NCBI RefSeq assembly: GCF_006345805.1
Contig: NC_043024.1
Location: 9,610,001 to 9,674,000 of the forward strand
Source of the DNA: Octopus sinensis
Taxonomy: Eukaryota
Length of the DNA: 64,000 nt
Direction: 5' to 3'
The notes under the pieces were generated by a model. The model was not told the DNA's origin. It saw only the letters and a list, made by a program, of their open reading frames with translations, and searched no databases. This document shows positions 58,787-64,000 of this stretch, piece by piece. Each line of letters starts with the position of its first letter. The stretch's first letter is position 1. The position numbers and the translations under genes are program-made.

Positions 58787-60837
58787 AATGATGATGATGA
58801 CTCGAAAGTATTCTATGGTCATTTACAGAATCCCAAGAAGCGCTCTCTCTCTCTCAAAAAAAAAAAAAGGTGGGGTGCTAAAAAAATCCAGTAAATCACC
58901 AACAACACCCAGTTCAGGTTGTTTTAACTAAATGTGGAAAATCACAAACTATACCAGCCCAACAATTTCTTTAGGACTATCAACATATATACTCTTTTAC
59001 TTGTTTCAGCCATTTGACTGCGGCCATGCTGGAGCACCGCCTTTAATCAAGCAACTCGACCCCGGGACTTATTCTTTTGTAAGCCTAGTACTTATTCTAT
59101 CGGTCTCTTTTGCTGAACCGCTAAGTAACGGGGACATAAACACACCAGCATCGGTTGTCAAGCAATGCTATGGGGACGAACACACGCATACACATATACA
59201 AATATATACATATATACAACAGGCTTCTTTCAGTTTCCGTCTACCAAATCCACTCACAAGGCTTTGGTTGGCCCGAGGCTATAGTAGAAGACACTTGCCC
59301 AAGGTGCCACTCAGTGGGACTGAACCCGGAACCATGTGGGTGGTAAACAAGCTACTTACCACACAGCCACTCCTGTGCCTAATAGTTTCTCTTGAAGGTT
59401 CTGTGAAGGTGTGTGGCATCGTAGCCGGGGTGTTATAATCATGATTGCAATATTGTGGTTTCAATTCCCAGACTGGGATGTCTCATGTCCTTGAGCAAGA
59501 CACTTCATTTCATGTTGCTCCAGTCCACTCAGCCGTCAAAAATGAGTAACCCTGCGACGGATTTGCGTCCCGTCCAGAGGGAGGGGGGAATATATACACC
59601 ATGGAAACTGACCTTTAGGAGTTAGCATTACCCGAAAAAGTAACCTTATTTCAAGTGCAGAGGCTGACCGTACTGACCGACTGACCCAACTACATCATCA
59701 CTTAACGTCCATTTTCCATGCTGGCATCGGTTGGATGGTTTGACAGGAATCGGCAAACCAAAGGTCCACATCAAGGTCCCGTGTCTGTTCTGGTATGGTT
59801 TCTACGGTTGGATGCCTGTTCAAACACCAACCCCTTTACAGAGTGAACTGGGTGCTTTTTACATGGTACCGGCATTTGTGAGATGACCAAGTAACTTGCA
59901 AGACAAGACCCCTTCCGATGAGGTGGGGAGGAGCCATATTGAAGGAAGTGGGTTTGTGCTAGGCGATGAGAGGCAGATGTATGAGGGACAGGAACAGGTG
60001 ATGACTTGCTGTAGAGGAGATACATGATGACCTCTGGAAAAGGTGTCAGAGCATGACCTCAAATTAGAAGTGAACGAATAAAGAGAAGTGTTATGGGTCA
60101 CGTAAAAAGCACCATCCGATTGTGGCTGTTGCCAGCCTCGCCTGGCCACTGTGCTGATGGCACGTAAAAAGCACCATCCGACCGTGGTCATTTGCCAGCC
60201 TGGCCTGGCCCCCGTAAAAAGCACCGTCCGATCGTGGCCATAGCCAGCGCCACCCTGACTAACTTCCGTGCCGGTGGCACATAAAAAGCACTCAATACAC
60301 TCACAGAGTGGTTGGCGTTAGGAAGGGCATCCAGCTGTAGAAACACTGCCAGATCAGACTGGAGCCTGGTGCAGCCTTCTGGCTTCCCAGACCCCAGTTG
60401 AACCGTCCAACCCATGCTAGCATGGAAAGCGGACACTAAATGATGATGATGATGATGTAAGTGATGTGCCTAAACCAGAAACATATTTATTCCAAAGTCT
60501 TTACCTTCTTCAACTATCTCAGATCATTTCATATTTTTCATAACTGTCGCCCTTCATCATGTCAATAACCAGTACAGTTTCCTCACTTGTACACAACCAA
60601 GTTTTTGTCTCTCTCTCTCTCTCTAACATTACATTCCTACAACCTAACATTACACTCTCAGTGTAATATGCTCACATCCTTCCCTATTTCCTGTTTTCAA
60701 AGGCTGTGCTTTGTCACCATGCAACACTGCACTTCGTACAGGAGCCAACACAATCTACTGTTCATTCAGAAAAAAAAAAAAAAAAAAAAAATAGTAATAA
60801 TAATATTAATAAACAACTGTTGCCAGCAGAGATAATA

Positions 60838-61050
60838 ACTCATTGAACTTTTACCATCCTGTTCTAGTTCTGGTTGCTAAGCTTTCAGAGCACTTTTCCA
60901 CTGCTAATTAGGTCACCTAACTAATAGAAGCTATCACCTATTTCCAAAGAATTTTCAGAGGCGCCAAAACATCTGCCACACACATACCCTTCCTCCTCTC
61001 GGCCTGCAGGTGATCCCACCTCATCAATTACATCTCCAAAGCTAACACTG
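60838..61050 (-). mobile_element. Decayed RTE-like LINE RT fragment
   Basis: YVCGRC...SLEIGDSFY*LGDLISSG..CSESLATRTRTGW*KFNEL resembles the LEVVDSFCYLGD...ARIR.GW.KF.EL motif. Confidence 0.6.
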
Positions 61051-64000
61051 CATACATCATCATCGTTTAATGTCCATGCTGGCAAGCCAAGTGACTGAAC
61101 CAGACTCCTGTCTGATTTCACATGGTTTCTATGGATTGACGTCCTTCAGGGGGCTGCAGCAGACCCCTATCTGATTTTGCATGGTTTCTATGGATTGATG
61201 CCCTTCAGGTGGCTTCACCAGACTCCTCTCTGATTTCGCATGGTTTCTACGGATTGACGCCCTTCCTAATGCCAACCACTTTACAGAGTGTGCTTCATGC
61301 TTTTAAATGGTGCCATTGCTATGAGTGCTTTACACAACCAAAAGGACCAGCCCTTAACACTTCTGCTGCAGGGCATGGGTCTTCTCGAGTAAGGCCAGGC
61401 GCCAGGTGTCTCGGTCTTTTGTCATACACTTACAATTTCTGGGGAGAGACTGATATGCATGGGCGACTACTAGTCTTTTATTAACAACCTTGCCCGGATT
61501 TGTGCCTCAGAGGGGAACTTTCTAGGTGCCATCCCATGGTCATTCATGACTGAAGGGGGTCTTTATATTATTCACTTTTTTGTGTTTTAATAAGCATTGA
61601 ATTCCTTGGTCCATGGAAAAAAATTGTCTTTTATGAAATCAGTTCTTGATGCACAAAAAAAAGTTGGGGATCTGCTGAAGTAGACTCAAAAGGGACCAGC
61701 TATTGATGTCAGCTGTGGAAGATCTGTTGAGGCAAGCGAAGTCGAAATCGAAATTGAACCAATCCTATGACTGGCACCCGACAGTTGCCAGGACCGCTGG
61801 ACTGACTCCTGTGCAGGTGGCAAGTAAAGAAACACCGTTTTCACCCTGTGCTTGAGGAGATCCATTGAGTCAAGTACACCAACATCAAAATCAATGGAAA
61901 CTGCAGTTGTAAAAAGCACCATCCGAACGCGGCTGATGCTAGCGCCGCCTAGACTGGCTTCCGTGCTGGTGGCACGTAAAAAGCACCAATCCGATCGTGG
62001 CTACTGCCAGCCTCGCCTGGCATCTGTGCCGGTGGCACGTAAAAAGCACCCACTATACTCACGGAGTGGTTGGCGTTAGGAAGGGCATCCAGCCGTAGAA
62101 ACATTGCCAGATCAGACTGGGCCTGGTGCAGCCTTCTGGCTTCCCAGACCCCAGTTGAACCGTCCAACCCATGCTAGCATGGAAAGTGGACGTTAAACGA
62201 TGATGATGATGGGGGCCTGTGCTGAGCATTCTCACAGAGAGGGGTCTCATTTAGGGATTGTTGTGGCAGTATAGTTATTTACCATTGCAAGGACAAAGGG
62301 GACATGTAAAAAGAATTAGTTACAGAGGCACCAGGCTGATGATGTAACAGAAAGAGTTAAAATGCAACTGATCCTTGTGCGAGGACAGGGTAACCCTGAT
62401 GCCCCCGTCACCATTCCTAGTAAAGTGTTCTTAGCTTTGGAACAATCCCTGTGATTAGCCTTCTGTGACTGGTGAAAGTCTTTGACGAGGTTTCAGTGAA
62501 TGGGTTGTAGGAGGGATGCAATCTGTGTACAGATGTTGTCAGCTTGGTGAGAGTTGACAGATTCAGCAAAGGAATTAGTATGCAAGTTGGTGACAGTCAA
62601 TAAAACAGAAATAAAATTTAGAAGTCTCCGTGCCGGTGGCACATAAAAATCACCATCCGATCATGGCCATTTGCCAGCCTCGTCTGACCTCCATCCGATC
62701 GTGACCATTGCCAGCCTCGTCTGGCACGTAAAAAGCACCGACTACACTCACGGAGTGGTTGGCGTTAGGAAGGGCATCCAGCCGTAGAAACATTGCCAGA
62801 TCAGACTGGGCTTGGTGTAGCCTCCTGGCTTCCCAGACCCCAGTTGCACTGTCCAACCCATGCTAGCATGGAAAGCGGACACTAAACGATGATGATCTTC
62901 CTGTGTGGCCCACTGGTTGGGGAACCCTGGCTAACTTATTTTGTAAGCCCAGTACTTATTCTATCGGTCTCTTTTGCCGAACCGCCAAGTAATGGAGACA
63001 TAAACACACCAGCATCAGTTATCAAGCAATGCTAGTGGGACAAACACAGACACACAAACATACACACACACATGCATATATATATATATATATACATATA
63101 TATACGACGGGCTTCTTTCAGTTTCCGTCTACCAAATCCACTCACAAGGCTTTGGTTGGCCCAAGGCTGTAGTAGAAGATACTTATCCAAGGTGCCACGC
63201 AGTGGGACTGAACCCGGAACCATGTGGTTGGTAAACAAGCTACTTACCACACTGCTCATTATTGTTGATATTCTTTTCTATTCTAGGCACAAGGCCCGAA
63301 ATTTTGGGGGAGGGGAGCAGTCGATTAGATCAACCTCAACATATATATACCCTCGACAACTGTTGGTTTGTTTACATCCCCATAACTTAGTTCTTCAGTA
63401 AATGGACACTAACAGAATAGGTACCAAGGTAAAGGGAGAGAGAGAGAGCGATAATTAAGTACAGGGGTCAATCTGTTTGATGGAAGCCCTTTCAAGGTAT
63501 GTCCATCCCAGCATGGCTGCTGTCCAATGATTGAAACAAGTGAAAGACACAAAAAATATTATATCAATCCATCTGCTATGTCCACCTTCTACCTGGCTGG
63601 CAAACGACTCCCAAACAATCTCAGATTTCGTGTATGACTAATAGGAAATCTCCTAGTCGTCCTGTGTGTTAAAGATCTTTATTCTCTGCCCACTCAGTCT
63701 CAAAATAAACATGACCCAATCTAGCAGAGAAATTTTCCAATTTCCATTCTTTCCTTCTTCCTCGACCTGGTTCTCAACAGGGGTCCGCATAAGATCTTGT
63801 TATTAAAATCCGTGTCAAATAACCAGGTTATACTTATACAATACACAAAATATGGATTTTTTCGGTTTGAACGGCAGTTTTTAACATAATTTCCACGTAA
63901 CTAAACACTTTTAAACTTCGTATACTGGTAGAATGTGTTTATAAAACATCTTTTTCTCTTGGCTTTATTGAGAAGATTCTATGGTTTGTAAGATATTTGT

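Overview
Repeat-dense, AT-rich eukaryotic (animal) DNA. It is probably a coleoid cephalopod such as Octopus, inferred from the dominant tRNA-derived SINE families rather than from a database match. Two spliced protein-coding genes were reconstructed by hand from GT-AG exons. The first is the 3' half of an FYTTD1/UIF-like mRNA export adaptor (+ strand, 5 exons, 824-9739). The second is an apparently complete INSIG (- strand, 5 coding exons, 46726-38177, 201 aa), with a candidate upstream exon and an SRE-like motif. The rest is mostly transposons and tandem repeats: several SINE families; RTE, CR1 and Hero LINE remnants; mariner with a nested DD41D element; hAT, pogo and piggyBac-type MITEs; a non-autonomous Helitron; a (GAGCC)n tract; and a 34-bp satellite. 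Almost all ORF-track ORFs are repeat artefacts, and there is no CRISPR, rRNA or true tRNA. The most interesting leads are five: a SINE that repeatedly inserts into its own copies at fixed GGTA sites, creating intronic dsRNA; a multimeric RTE-derived element with an HDV-ribozyme-like head; a 142-bp target-site duplication; a satellite made from a SINE's 3' end; and splice-acceptor choices that could switch the INSIG N- and C-termini. There is an assembly gap at 17021-17121.
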